Source: Candidatus Latescibacterota bacterium
Lineage (GTDB): Bacteria; Latescibacterota; UBA2968
Assembly: GCA_965242535.1 (NCBI GenBank)
Contig: OZ251458.1
Coordinates: 4,555,203 to 4,619,202 of the forward strand
Length of the DNA stretch: 64,000 bases
Direction: 5' to 3'
The notes under the pieces are model-generated. The model did not search any database. It was not told where the DNA came from and saw only the letters and a list, made by a program, of their open reading frames with translations. The stretch's first letter is position 1; every line of letters starts with the position of its first letter. Both the position numbers and the translations under genes were made by a program. Of this stretch, positions 17,501 to 26,506 are shown piece by piece.

Positions 17501-18133
17501 TTGACTTACACTCTGACGTCTGAACTGCCATCGGACCTGACCTTTGACGCGACAACGCGCGTGCTGTCTGGCACGCCGCTCGAGGCGATGACCGAAACCA
17601 CGTACACGCTGACCGCAACCGATGAAGATGGCGATGTGGCGATGCTAACTTTCGCGCTCTCAGTCGCATCGGACAGACGACCGGCCTTCGACGATTCGAT
17701 AGGGGTTGCCGCGCAACGCTATGTCATCGGCGCCAGCGTCAGTTTGACCTTGCCCGAAGCCACGGGCGGCGATGGGGCTCTGGTCTATATCCTGTTGCCG
17801 TTCCTACCAAACGGATTGCGATTTGACCCCGCCACGCGCACGATTTCCGGCACGCCGAGCAAGGCACTGACCGCGACCGAATACACCTTCTCGGCACTGG
17901 ACGCCGATGGCGATATGGCGAGTCTGATGTTCACCCTTGAAGTGTATCGCCCAACCGCTGATGTCGATGGTAATGGGCAAATTAATTTTGACGACTTCTT
18001 GTCCTTTGTCGGCAAGTTCGGGACGCGTCGAGGCGATGCGGGGTACGATGCGCGTTACGATCTCGACAGCGATGGCGCGATTGGATTTTCCGATTTCCTG
18101 ATCTTCGCCAACAGTTTTGGTACTGGGAGCTGA
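14519..18133 (+). CDS. Large secreted protein: signal peptide, cadherin-like domain, ~12 LRR (internalin-like 22-aa repeats), Ig-like (Big) domains, FN3-like domain, (PQQPQP)n linker, four ~80-aa He_PIG/dystroglycan-like Ig repeats, C-terminal dockerin
   Basis: MTYRSFPHLLTILALILICGESAAQ signal peptide. Repeats of NRISDISVLSGLTKLDDLDLSS. Four repeats of PSFGDSTVTAQRYQ...LTATDEDGD. C-terminal DVDGNGQINFDDF...DLDSDGAIGFSDF is a dockerin type I pair. An AAAGGAG SD precedes the start. Confidence 0.85.
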   Translation: MTYRSFPHLLTILALILICGESAAQNTASSDADLSGLTLSSGTLAPAFARDSLSYTATVANSVPSLTVTPTSNHDGAAITINGASVLRDSINRAISLNVGENAIAIVVTAEDGTTTKTYTMTVTRGVNIPDANLRAGIEQALKKSSGAIITPSEMATLTSLDLYRSNIRTLTGLEYATNLTNLYLINLGVSGNRISDISALSGLTKLEELDLSYNDISDISALSGLTHLSYLDLSINRISDISVLSGLTHLDQLALGNNRISDISVLSGLTKLDDLRLSSNRISDISVLSGLTKLDDLDLSSNDISDISVLSGLTNLDHLWLNKNSISDISVLSGLTKLRLLHLSRNSISDISALSGLTKLEELDLSYNNISDISALSGLRLSIMLDDFVGVGGYLWLHSNRLSYPSLTTHIPALEARGVDVSYDARTLTSLVKISGDDQTGTAGSRLSDPLIVEVQDQNNRAFAGVPVAFSIAAGGGVLSTTTDSTDANGRASTTLTLGVAGANTVLAAIDVSDIDKSATFTATATGGTADTASAAISSTVPDPLTVGNLDGAKVNITLTGATYNETLAVDHFALPTAPAGVSIRGTPVRTSDTVAQLTLAYPGLGLTANQSLRVTVKAAGHSGDGDLTTGAITVTPAQVTGPVAVVTEPGQVAGVTVTPGVGYLAVSWDVVSGATGYKVQWKSGDELYASERQQVIGNGDKTSSTITGLTAGTEYTVRVIATLTNADEGPPSVGVTGTPVATTQQPQPPQQPQPPQQPQPPQQPQPPPAADLQPSFGDSTVTAQRYQRGTTIVSLTLPTATGGDGALTYALTPELPSDLTFEATTRMLSGTPREAMGETTYTLTATDEDGDAARLTFTLAVVATDLTPSFGDSTVTAQRYRIGTAIRITLPRATGGDGALTYSLTPELPSELTFDATTRVLSGTPREVMAVTTYMLTATDEDGDVAMLTFALSVASDRLPSFGDSTVTAQRYQQGTTIAPLTLPTATGGDGSLTYTLTSELPSDLTFDATTRVLSGTPLEAMTETTYTLTATDEDGDVAMLTFALSVASDRRPAFDDSIGVAAQRYVIGASVSLTLPEATGGDGALVYILLPFLPNGLRFDPATRTISGTPSKALTATEYTFSALDADGDMASLMFTLEVYRPTADVDGNGQINFDDFLSFVGKFGTRRGDAGYDARYDLDSDGAIGFSDFLIFANSFGTGS

Positions 18134-18198
18134 TCACGGCGAAAGCCGCGCCCGCAGAGCACAATGCCAGTAAAGAGAAAACCAATCGATTTTGCGGT

Positions 18199-18405
18199 TG
18201 GATGCGAGGACAGGCACGGGGGCCTGTCCCTACGGATGATGGAGGGCTGATTACTGACCTCTCGCCTCTCGCCTCTCGCCTCTCGCCTCACCTCTTCCCT
18301 CTTCCCTCTCCCGTCTCCCGTCTTCCCTCTCCCCTCTCCCCTCTTGCCTCTTGCCTCTCCCCTCTTCCCTCTCCCGTCTCCCGTCTTCCCTCTCAAAAAG
18401 CAACC
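18199..18405. repeat. Hairpin-family copy (reverse complement, 18203-18236) followed by a polypyrimidine (CTCGCCT)n/(CTCCCGT)n tract
   Basis: GAGGACAGGCACGGGGGCCTGTCCCTACGGATGATGG is the reverse complement of the 5114 copy, with about 50 bp of extended identity. It is then followed by about 150 bp of nearly pure pyrimidine on the plus strand. Confidence 0.85.
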
Positions 18406-20045
18406 GCGTACCCATCGTGCCGGGGATCTGATCCGGCCATCATGCTACCGGTTGCGGGATCGATCTGAATGGCTTGCGCGTTGCCCGTTGCGCCCCAAAA
18501 TGGGAGATGGCGCAAGTCGTGGCCCTTCTTATCGAGGGCCTCGCACAAAAAGCTGTCGAAACGGCCTTCGAGTTGCAACACGTCTTCGCAGGTGTGGGGC
18601 ACGGTGGATTCCATCGGGTTTTGCAGAGAACGCCAGCGCGGGGCTTCGACCGCCTCTTGCGGGGTCAGGCCAAAGTCCAAGATATGCGTCACCAGTTGCA
18701 AATTGGTCTGAACCTGCGTGTCTGCGCCCGGGGTGCCGCAGATCAAAACGGGCTTGTCGTCTTTGGCGACGATCACCGGGTTCATCGTGTGGCGAACCCG
18801 TTTGCCGGGCATGAGGCAGTTGGGATGATCTTCTTCCAAGTGCCAGTAGGTCATGCGGTTGTTGAGCAAAATGCCGGTCTCGCCCGCGATCAGGCTCGAT
18901 CCCCATCCCGATTGAATGCTCTGGAGTTGGCACACCGCATTGCCCGCCTTGTCGGCCACGCAAAAACAAGTGGTGTCTTCCACCGCTTCCGGAATGCCGG
19001 GCGGAACGTGGATCGCGGCGCGCTCGAAGTCGATCAAGGACGCCCGCGCTTTGGCGTAGGCTTTGGACAGCAGGGCATCGATGGGTATGTCTATCCAGTC
19101 CGGATCGGCCACGTACTTTTCGCGGTCCGCAAACGCGAGTTTTTTCGCCTCGACCATCAGGTGGATCCGATCGGCTTCGCTTAGGGCGTGCAGGTCGAAA
19201 TTTTCCACGATGTTGAGTTCTTGCAACAAGATGTGTCCGCTCGAGTTGGGCGGCGTTTCATAGACGGTATAACCCTTGTACGTCACGGCGATGGGATCCA
19301 CAATGCGGCTGCGGTGGTTTTTCAGGTCGGCTTCTGTGAGCAAGCCCCCGCGCGATTGGCTAAACGCGACCATGGCTTTGGCGATTTCCCCTTCGTAAAA
19401 CGCATCGCGCCCCTTCGCGGCGAGGGTTCGCAAGGTCTTGCCCAGGTCTTTTTGATAGACGATGTCACCAGGCGCGAGGGGTTGCCCGTCGTCGGTGAAC
19501 ACGGCCCGCGTGTGCGGATCGGACGCAAAGCGTTTGGTTTCCCCCTCCAAGCTCGCGGCCAATTTGTGACTCAGCGGAAAGCCGTCTTCGCACAGGCCAA
19601 TGGCCGGGGCAAAGACCTCGTCGAGCGGCCGCGTGCCAAAGCGTTCGTGGGCGACGAGCCAGCCGTCGACCAAGCCGGGGATGGACGCGCTGAGGATGCC
19701 TTTCATCGGGATGCCGCCGCGCTCGAGATAAAATTCGCGGGTGGCCCCTGTGGGCGCCGCGCCCGTGGCATTGACGGCATAGACGGCGCCGGTTTTGGCG
19801 TCGTAGATCGAGATGAAGCCATCCCCGCCGATGCCCGAGGATTGCGGCTCGACCACGCCGAGTGCCGCGGCTGTGGCAATGGCCGCGTCAATGGCATTGC
19901 CCCCGGCCATCATGAGTTGCATACCCGCTTGGGAAGCGAGGTAATGGCCCGATGCCACCGCGCCATTTCTGCCCCTGACGGACGGCCTGTAAGCGTCTTG
20001 CGAAATTTCGTGTGGGGAATACGGACAATGAGATGGAGAATACAT
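18393..20045 (-). CDS. ggt: Gamma-glutamyltranspeptidase
   Basis: Full-length GGT-like sequence, 550 aa, with the conserved autoprocessing region ...GTTCFCVADKAGNAV (Thr nucleophile context). Confidence 0.9.
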   Translation of the reverse strand: MYSPSHCPYSPHEISQDAYRPSVRGRNGAVASGHYLASQAGMQLMMAGGNAIDAAIATAAALGVVEPQSSGIGGDGFISIYDAKTGAVYAVNATGAAPTGATREFYLERGGIPMKGILSASIPGLVDGWLVAHERFGTRPLDEVFAPAIGLCEDGFPLSHKLAASLEGETKRFASDPHTRAVFTDDGQPLAPGDIVYQKDLGKTLRTLAAKGRDAFYEGEIAKAMVAFSQSRGGLLTEADLKNHRSRIVDPIAVTYKGYTVYETPPNSSGHILLQELNIVENFDLHALSEADRIHLMVEAKKLAFADREKYVADPDWIDIPIDALLSKAYAKARASLIDFERAAIHVPPGIPEAVEDTTCFCVADKAGNAVCQLQSIQSGWGSSLIAGETGILLNNRMTYWHLEEDHPNCLMPGKRVRHTMNPVIVAKDDKPVLICGTPGADTQVQTNLQLVTHILDFGLTPQEAVEAPRWRSLQNPMESTVPHTCEDVLQLEGRFDSFLCEALDKKGHDLRHLPFWGATGNAQAIQIDPATGSMMAGSDPRHDGYAVAF

Positions 20046-20108
20046 GGTGTGCTCCTGTGTGGATGGGTTGCATGGAACGACGGATCAAACTCCCTTTCAA
20101 GATACGGC

Positions 20109-20137
20109 TTGACAAAATTTCTCGCACGCTCTAATTT
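20109..20137 (+). promoter_or_regulatory. Sigma70-like promoter TTGACA-17-TAATTT
   Basis: TTGACA at 20109-20114 and TAATTT at 20132-20137, upstream of the response-regulator gene. Confidence 0.4.
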
Positions 20138-20212
20138 GCGATTTCCAAATCGCGCATCGGGATAAAACCGCTTCCGATACGGCGCGTCATCCATCTCTTT
20201 CTCGTTAAAAAA

Positions 20213-20884
20213 ATGGCGACGATTCTCCTTCTCGCGGACGAAGCTCACGGCGCGCGTCTCAAATCCGACCTCGAATACATCGGGCATCGGGTCGAACACC
20301 TGATCATGCGCGGGCAGAGCAACTTGCCATCCGTTTCCGCCAATGGGATCGACCTGGCGATCATCGACCCGGAATCCTCGCTCGAACGCCTCGCCCACGC
20401 CATCGCGCACCTGCAAAAACACCGCCTCGCCAACGGCTGTTCCCTCCTCGTCGTCACGGATGAAATGACCGCGCTCAACCTCGACTTTTCCCTCGGAATT
20501 TCAAATTTTGTCATCAAGCCGTATAGCATGCGCGAATTTGAAGCCCGTTTGCGCCTCGCCCTCTGGGATGACGATCACACCCCCGACGCCCACACCGTCA
20601 AAAAAGACGACCTCGTCATCAATATGGCGCGCTACGAAGTGCGCGTCAAGGGCAGCGTGGTCGAACTCACCCTCAAGGAATACGAACTGCTCAAGCACCT
20701 CGTCACGCACGAGGCCCGCGTGTTCACCCGGTCGGACTTGCTCGACAGCATCTGGGGCTACGACTATTACGGCGGCATGCGTACCGTGGATGTCCACATT
20801 CGCCGCTTGCGCTCCAAACTCGGGGAATCGGGCAACGCCATCGCCACCGTGCGCGGCGTGGGCTACAAATTCGATCCGCCCTGA
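20213..20884 (+). CDS. OmpR/PhoB-family response regulator (orphan; no adjacent histidine kinase)
   Basis: Receiver domain with acidic pocket LADE, phospho-acceptor DLAIIDPE, T (VVTDE) and K (IKPY). C-terminal winged helix ...VDVHIRRLRSKL...VRGVGYKF. Confidence 0.85.
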   Translation: MATILLLADEAHGARLKSDLEYIGHRVEHLIMRGQSNLPSVSANGIDLAIIDPESSLERLAHAIAHLQKHRLANGCSLLVVTDEMTALNLDFSLGISNFVIKPYSMREFEARLRLALWDDDHTPDAHTVKKDDLVINMARYEVRVKGSVVELTLKEYELLKHLVTHEARVFTRSDLLDSIWGYDYYGGMRTVDVHIRRLRSKLGESGNAIATVRGVGYKFDPP

Positions 20885-20974
20885 TATCCACACTCGGTAC
20901 AGCAAAACGCGCATCACCGCGACGCAAAGCGCGCATCACATCGATCCCCACCTCGGCACTCGGTACGACAAAAC

Positions 20975-21009
20975 CCCCATGAGCACGCGCTCATGGGGGT
21001 TCGCTTTTG
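20975..21009 (+). terminator. Rho-independent terminator-like hairpin CCCCCATGAGC-ACGC-GCTCATGGGGG followed by TTCGCTTTT
   Basis: 11-bp perfect stem and a T-rich tail, 90 bp after the response-regulator stop. Confidence 0.5.
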
Positions 21010-21091
21010 GTGGGCAACCCTCGCCCAACCCTAGGCTTCCTGCAAGTGTCACCTATCCCGCGGCTCCATCCCCGCCGCGACATGCCCGCGT

Positions 21092-22018
21092 TCATCGGCC
21101 GTTGCTTCTCGCCTCTCTCTCCTCTGCCCATGCCCGCAGCGGAATGTCATCCCCATTTTTGGTGAGCCAGTATTGAGACGAGGGGTGAAAATCGGATTCC
21201 GGGCCGAGGGGGTCGCCGCCGGATGCCAGCGCGCCCAACAACTGCCGCCGAATGGGCGAACTGCGCTCGATGAGTGCTTCATCTTGCGCGATGTAATCCG
21301 TTGGCCGCAGCCAGCGGTAGTGGTAGCCCACGTGCATGATTTTCCGGGTTTTCCGCGACAAGTTCGGCCCGACGCAGTGCCAAACCGCTGTGCGCCACAA
21401 CACGGCGGACCCGACGCGCAACTTGAGTTCCACCGCTTCTTCGGGGCCGATTATGCGCCCGGAGTCGCGCAGTTCCCCGGGCCTGCGCTTGTGGCTGCCC
21501 GGCACCAACCACAGGTTGCCGCAGTTGGATTCGGTCATGTCGTAAAGCACGTAAAAAACCTTGATCTCCATAAACGGCAACCGCCCGTCCAGCGAGGGCG
21601 CCAAAAACAACGCGTCGCTCGCCAAATCCGGATGCCACGCGACATTGCGATAGCCAGCCTCTTGATCCGCGCCCTTGCCAACGCCCACATCTCCGGGCGC
21701 CATGCCCTCGGGATACGGCGGGCGATAATCCAAATGCGTGGTTCTAATCTGGATGTTCCATCCAATCGCATCGACCACCAAAGGCAGCATGCGCGGGTGA
21801 TCGATCAAATCGAGAAACGCCTCGTGCTGCGACAAAGCATTCCGCACGGCAAACGGATCGTCGGGGCCCAAACCCTCGGCCGCCCGCACCCGCTCGGCCA
21901 CCTCGTCAATCGCGAGCGAGAGCCGATCCACCTCGTCCCGCGCCAAAAAATCCTCGAGAACGACAAATCCCCGTTCCTCAAAATCCCGCGCTTGCTCCTC
22001 GGTCATTGCAAGAGCCAT
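21092..22018 (-). CDS. Phytanoyl-CoA dioxygenase (PhyH) family protein (second paralog)
   Basis: NVAWHPDL ... WHCVGPN pattern. The start was trimmed to ATG 22016-22018 (MALAMTEEQ). Confidence 0.75.
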   Translation of the reverse strand: MALAMTEEQARDFEERGFVVLEDFLARDEVDRLSLAIDEVAERVRAAEGLGPDDPFAVRNALSQHEAFLDLIDHPRMLPLVVDAIGWNIQIRTTHLDYRPPYPEGMAPGDVGVGKGADQEAGYRNVAWHPDLASDALFLAPSLDGRLPFMEIKVFYVLYDMTESNCGNLWLVPGSHKRRPGELRDSGRIIGPEEAVELKLRVGSAVLWRTAVWHCVGPNLSRKTRKIMHVGYHYRWLRPTDYIAQDEALIERSSPIRRQLLGALASGGDPLGPESDFHPSSQYWLTKNGDDIPLRAWAEEREARSNGR

Positions 22019-22038
22019 GAGCCCCTCCTCGTTGAATA

Positions 22039-23082
22039 TCACCGATCTAAATTTGCATTGCGTTTTATCACATACGCCCGCGATGGTGATTTTATTGAAA
22101 CGGAACGCTTCCGCCATTGCAAACACAAATCAGGTGGGGTATTGTGATGAATCTCTTCGAGCGATTCTATGGGCGGTCTGATATACTTTTGAACGAACAT
22201 AGACAAAATTTCTCCCGATTTTTCATGGAGATGCGCCCAGGCTTCATCCCCGATATACGATGAGCCAAACGCCTTTTCAAAAGCGGTTTTCAGTTCATCA
22301 AGCCTCGGTGAGGGCGTGGGATCGAGCACGATGAGAATGGGTCTAAAACCCGCTATCTGACATTCCCGTGGAAACGAGAGCTCTTCGCCGAATCGCCCTT
22401 GCCCACTCGCGGCAATTGTGACGCGCATCTTAAATTCGTAAACGAGGTGTTCGCCTGCGACAAAACAATCGACTTGTCTGCCTCTCGCTGTCTGTTTCCC
22501 ATTGCCATCAACGCGCTTGACAGGTGAATTTTTCGCGCCGATGGGCGTTCCTCCCAAACAACTCGCCAACACGGGTTCAAACAGATATCCAGTTTCCTGA
22601 GCAGCGCGATTGTCTATATCATAGATCCATTTTCTCCACGACATCCATCCCGACAACAACTCATGATCACATTCGCCATATTCCAACAAAGAACGCGGGC
22701 CTATTTGATCCACCTGCGGAAAGGGTTGAGAAGAAAGGATACGTTGATATTTCACTCGCCTCCGATGCAAAGCACAGAGATTCTTTATGTATAATCCGAA
22801 ATCCGCGTTGATCGTACAGGCCCTCTCCAGAACATCTAAAAGGATTTTTGGCGTGACATGTGGAAGTTGGAGTTCATCGAACCATTTCATCGGAATCTCA
22901 AAATAGTCATCAGCGGGTTTTTCGATATCCTCAATGCCGTTGAAATGCCATCCCAAATCACATAAGCCGATGCAAAATAGCGCGTATAGCTCGGCGTCTT
23001 TAAGCGTGACTTGAGCATCACCACTGCCGTGAACCTTGCATTCGGAAAGCAAAGTTTGAATTGTAATGCTCGCCATGACCAT
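22039..23082 (-). CDS. Putative type II restriction endonuclease (cognate partner of the upstream C5-MTase)
   Basis: 347-aa ORF whose ATG overlaps the MTase TAA stop (TAATG). No recognisable family motif; the call is by position only. Confidence 0.45.
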   Translation of the reverse strand: MVMASITIQTLLSECKVHGSGDAQVTLKDAELYALFCIGLCDLGWHFNGIEDIEKPADDYFEIPMKWFDELQLPHVTPKILLDVLERACTINADFGLYIKNLCALHRRRVKYQRILSSQPFPQVDQIGPRSLLEYGECDHELLSGWMSWRKWIYDIDNRAAQETGYLFEPVLASCLGGTPIGAKNSPVKRVDGNGKQTARGRQVDCFVAGEHLVYEFKMRVTIAASGQGRFGEELSFPRECQIAGFRPILIVLDPTPSPRLDELKTAFEKAFGSSYIGDEAWAHLHEKSGEILSMFVQKYIRPPIESLEEIHHNTPPDLCLQWRKRSVSIKSPSRAYVIKRNANLDR

Positions 23083-24362
23083 TATCCAAAAAGATTGAGT
23101 TGAAGATTTGTTTTGTACAATCCCCGGAGCATCCGATCTGTTTTTGCAAGAGCGGGGCTCATCGCGCTCGCTTTTGTTAGCGTATGGGCAAATAATCTCC
23201 CCGGCGCATTGCGTCCAACATCGTCAAAACCGCGATGAACCCGTAAATGCACGGCAAAAATCTGCGCCAATAGAGGAGGAATGGCATTTCCGATCTGTTT
23301 GATTCGATCTGAAGCATTCCCCTTGAATCTGAACCAATCGGGAAACGTTTGTATGCGCGCACATTCGCGCAAGGTCAATGGACGATTGTCTTTAGGGTGT
23401 ATAAATTCCCTCGTCGCAGCACCTGTTATGGTCAAACTCGGTTCGTCAAAAACCAGTCGCTTAATGCCCGAGGGCGCGCCGCCCCTCTTTTCGGTAGGCG
23501 TTCCATCTATAACGCGCCGATTCGCCCTTCGCCTAAAGGATTCGTGATGCAGCGATTCGGGTAGGTCTTTCATCGACTGGCCGGGTTTCAAATTTGTAAT
23601 TCTTTCGAGTTGGATGCCCTCTATTTCAGAAGTGACGTGATCGTACACCTCCTCATTTCCGTCTCGCAGTTGTTCCTCCCACTCGTGTTTGGGCTCGTCC
23701 CGATAGCCGATGGGGCGATGCTCGTCCCGCGTTGGTGCGGGCAGTCCCTCTATCGCGTGCCTCAGCGTGATATCGGAATGCTTAAAAATGCGACCGTGGA
23801 CCTGTATTCGGGGTTCTGGCAAGTTAAACGCCATTCCCAACCTATTTCCAATTACCAAAGTCCTCTTTCGCCTTTGCGGTATCCCGTATTCATGTGCATA
23901 TACCTTATCGATTCTCATCGCATATCCCAAGTTGATAAAGGCATTTGCCGCTTCATAGACATATATCCCACCTTTGGCTGTGAGCAGGCCCTCGACATTT
24001 TCCATCATAAACCATTTGGGGCGCAAGACCGCCAAGGCGTCGACGTAATGCTTCAACAAACCGTTTCTCGGATCGTCCCAAAATCGCATCCCCGCCGTGC
24101 TAAATCCCTGACACGGCGGCCCTCCGATGAGAACATCCAATTCCCCCGTTTTGAGGCTCAAATTTTTGAGCAATTTTTCAAAATCACAAGACGTAATATC
24201 CGCCGCATCACATGGGGTATCGGGGAAATTATGCCTGTAAGTCGCCACGGCATTTTCGTCTATATCTAACGCATAGAGAATGCGATAGCCAGCGCGTTTG
24301 AATCCCAACGAGCAACCGCCGGCACCCGCAAAGAGACTCATCGCCAAAGGTCGGGTATCCAT
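23082..24362 (-). CDS. DNA (cytosine-5)-methyltransferase
   Basis: Motifs I LFAGAGGCSLGF, IV GGPPCQGFS, VI ENV, VIII QRRKR and X GNAIPP. Start chosen at ATG 24360-24362 with a GGAGA SD; the alternative upstream start is 24455. Confidence 0.9.
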   Translation of the reverse strand: MDTRPLAMSLFAGAGGCSLGFKRAGYRILYALDIDENAVATYRHNFPDTPCDAADITSCDFEKLLKNLSLKTGELDVLIGGPPCQGFSTAGMRFWDDPRNGLLKHYVDALAVLRPKWFMMENVEGLLTAKGGIYVYEAANAFINLGYAMRIDKVYAHEYGIPQRRKRTLVIGNRLGMAFNLPEPRIQVHGRIFKHSDITLRHAIEGLPAPTRDEHRPIGYRDEPKHEWEEQLRDGNEEVYDHVTSEIEGIQLERITNLKPGQSMKDLPESLHHESFRRRANRRVIDGTPTEKRGGAPSGIKRLVFDEPSLTITGAATREFIHPKDNRPLTLRECARIQTFPDWFRFKGNASDRIKQIGNAIPPLLAQIFAVHLRVHRGFDDVGRNAPGRLFAHTLTKASAMSPALAKTDRMLRGLYKTNLQLNLFG

Positions 24363-24688
24363 TTTCTCATTCTCCGATTGAAACTGGGAAACGAGTGCCG
24401 CAGATGATTCGAGTCGTTTCGAATATACCCACCGATCGCGAATCATTCGAGGCACGGGTCGCCGATCAAATCGCCAGCAAAGGCGGGTGCGCGTCCAAGA
24501 AAATGGGGTATTACGGCGTCAAACTCCACCTCCTCGCACAGTATCGCGCAAAGGGGAGGGATTGTTCAGTTGGATAGAGAGAAAAACGAACCTCTCCGTG
24601 GCGTCTCAAGTACGGTCCTATAACGGCTTACTCCGTCCATGTCTTTGGACGAGTCGCCGCGGCTTGTTTCTTACTCGCTTTCTACTCT

Positions 24689-24745
24689 TAATTCGCATTG
24701 GTACAAATGGGCACGGGGGCCTGCCCTACGGCTGATGGGTTGGGT
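24689..24745. repeat. TTGGTACAAATGG + hairpin GGCACGGGGGCCTGCC + CTACGGCTGATGG composite repeat
   Basis: The same three modules as at 18203-18245 and 56087-56125 (reverse complement), in the M-gene / SRAP-gene intergenic region. Confidence 0.8.
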
Positions 24746-24797
24746 GGAAACTGACCATTTGGGGTTCGTCTATTCGTTGTATCTCGTGCGGGAATGG

Positions 24798-25487
24798 TCA
24801 AAACAAAGCCCCTTGTTCGGGCGGAGATGTGGGTTTCAGACATTCCGAGGTGTCGTTTCTCGGGCTATTGACAAGGGTCGAAACAGGATGGGCGATCATC
24901 TCTCGCGCCGGGTATGGAACGAGGAGGTCTCGCAAGTCTGTGCGTTCTTCCGGATCGAGCCAAGCGTCATACCCATTTGCCGGGAGGATGACGGGCATGC
25001 GGTTGTGGATGGGTGCTATCAGGTCGTTGGGCTCGGTCGTGATGATGGTGCAGGATGGGATGCGTTCTCCGGTGGGTGCGTGCCACATGTCCCAAAGGCC
25101 GGCAAAGGCAAAGGGCGCGCCGGATTTGAGTGCGATGTGCATGGGCGTTTTGGTTCTGCCATCGAGGTTGCGCCGCCATTCGTAAAATCCGGTTGCGGGA
25201 ATGAGGCACCGCCGTTTTTTGTACGCCATCTGAAACGAGGGCTTTTCCGCGAGGGTTTCTCCCCGCGCATTGATGAGGCGATTGCCGATTTTGCCGTCTT
25301 TTGCCCAAGACGGAATCAGCCCCCATTTGAAGGTATCTGCCCGCGGCTTATCGGTGTTGGCTATCGCAATAATATTCTGCCCCGGCGCGATGTTGTATCG
25401 CTTGGGCATCGCGCGCGGAAAGACGAATTGCGGAAATGCGCGCTGGTTCTCATCGCGCTGGGCAGCATAAACATATCGCCCACACAT
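24798..25487 (-). CDS. SOS-response-associated peptidase (SRAP/YedK, abasic-site DNA-protein crosslink)
   Basis: N-terminal MCGRY with the catalytic Cys2, 229 aa, conserved SRAP core. Confidence 0.9.
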   Translation of the reverse strand: MCGRYVYAAQRDENQRAFPQFVFPRAMPKRYNIAPGQNIIAIANTDKPRADTFKWGLIPSWAKDGKIGNRLINARGETLAEKPSFQMAYKKRRCLIPATGFYEWRRNLDGRTKTPMHIALKSGAPFAFAGLWDMWHAPTGERIPSCTIITTEPNDLIAPIHNRMPVILPANGYDAWLDPEERTDLRDLLVPYPAREMIAHPVSTLVNSPRNDTSECLKPTSPPEQGALF

Positions 25488-25600
25488 GGGGATTTCCTTT
25501 CATCTGCGTTCATCTGTGGTTGCTTTTCGTTTTTGGGAGTTGGGCGGGGACTGACAACGGATAACGACTTTGTCGCATAAATAGCCATTGCCTATTGCGT

Positions 25601-26494
25601 TCATCCGCTATCGCTTTTCTTGATCTCAATCCCCAGCATATCCTCGAAAATTTTGATGATCGCCCAGTTCGATTCGGCGGGATTGACGCTGATGCCGGCT
25701 TGGAACCATTCCGCAGCCGAGGACAGGGCGAACAGGGGCACGCCGCACTCGCGTCCCAACGCCTTGGCGATCCCCAAGTCTTTGTGCATCGTGCCGATGC
25801 GGCTTTGCCCCGCAAAATTTCGTTCCATAATATTTTGCGCGGTATCCCGAAACAGAAAACTGCCCACCACACTCGTGTCGATCACCTCGCACAGGGTTTC
25901 GGGTTTCACGCCCGCTTTGACGCCCAGGGCCAGGGTCTCGAAGATGCCCGCGTACGTCACCCCGGTCAAAACGGCGAGACACGCTTTCACGGTTTGCCCC
26001 GTGCCGATCTCTTCGCCGACATGGTAAATGTGTTTGCCGACCGATTGGAGCACTTCTTTGGTGCGGTCAAAGACCTCTCGCTGTGCGGCCACCATCATCG
26101 TCAAGGTGCCGGCCGCCGCGCCTGGCGCGCCACCGCTGACGGGGGCATCTACGACGTTGACGCCCTCGTCTTCCAGCCACTGCGCGACTTCGACCAGTTC
26201 GGAGCGCAGGATGGTCGACGTGCAGATGAACGTCGATCCCGGTTTCATGCCGTCCAACAAACCGCCCTTCAGGATCGCCGCGATCTGATCGCCATTCATG
26301 ACCATGACGAACACAAAGTCCGCATGGTCGCCCACTTCGCCCACATTTTTTGCTGCGCGAGCACCCTTTGCGACAAACGGCTCCAATCGTTCGGGCCGCA
26401 AATCGCAGAGGATGAGATCGTGCCCGTTTTTCAAAATATTCGCCGCCATCCCACTGCCCATATCCCCTACGCCGATCAGCCCAACACGCGCCAT
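25601..26494 (-). CDS. NAD(P)-dependent 3-hydroxyisobutyrate/tartronate-semialdehyde dehydrogenase family oxidoreductase
   Basis: MARVGLIGVGDMGSGMA Rossmann motif and a 6PGDH-type NAD-binding domain, 297 aa. Confidence 0.85.
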   Translation of the reverse strand: MARVGLIGVGDMGSGMAANILKNGHDLILCDLRPERLEPFVAKGARAAKNVGEVGDHADFVFVMVMNGDQIAAILKGGLLDGMKPGSTFICTSTILRSELVEVAQWLEDEGVNVVDAPVSGGAPGAAAGTLTMMVAAQREVFDRTKEVLQSVGKHIYHVGEEIGTGQTVKACLAVLTGVTYAGIFETLALGVKAGVKPETLCEVIDTSVVGSFLFRDTAQNIMERNFAGQSRIGTMHKDLGIAKALGRECGVPLFALSSAAEWFQAGISVNPAESNWAIIKIFEDMLGIEIKKSDSG

Positions 26495-26506
26495 GGTCTC
26501 TCCCTT

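Noticed and set aside
20213-20884. Response regulator suspected to have a degenerate receiver (pseudo-receiver)
   Set aside because: On inspection the phospho-acceptor Asp (IIDPE), the Thr (VVTDE) and the Lys (IKPY) are all present. It is a canonical but orphan OmpR-type regulator.
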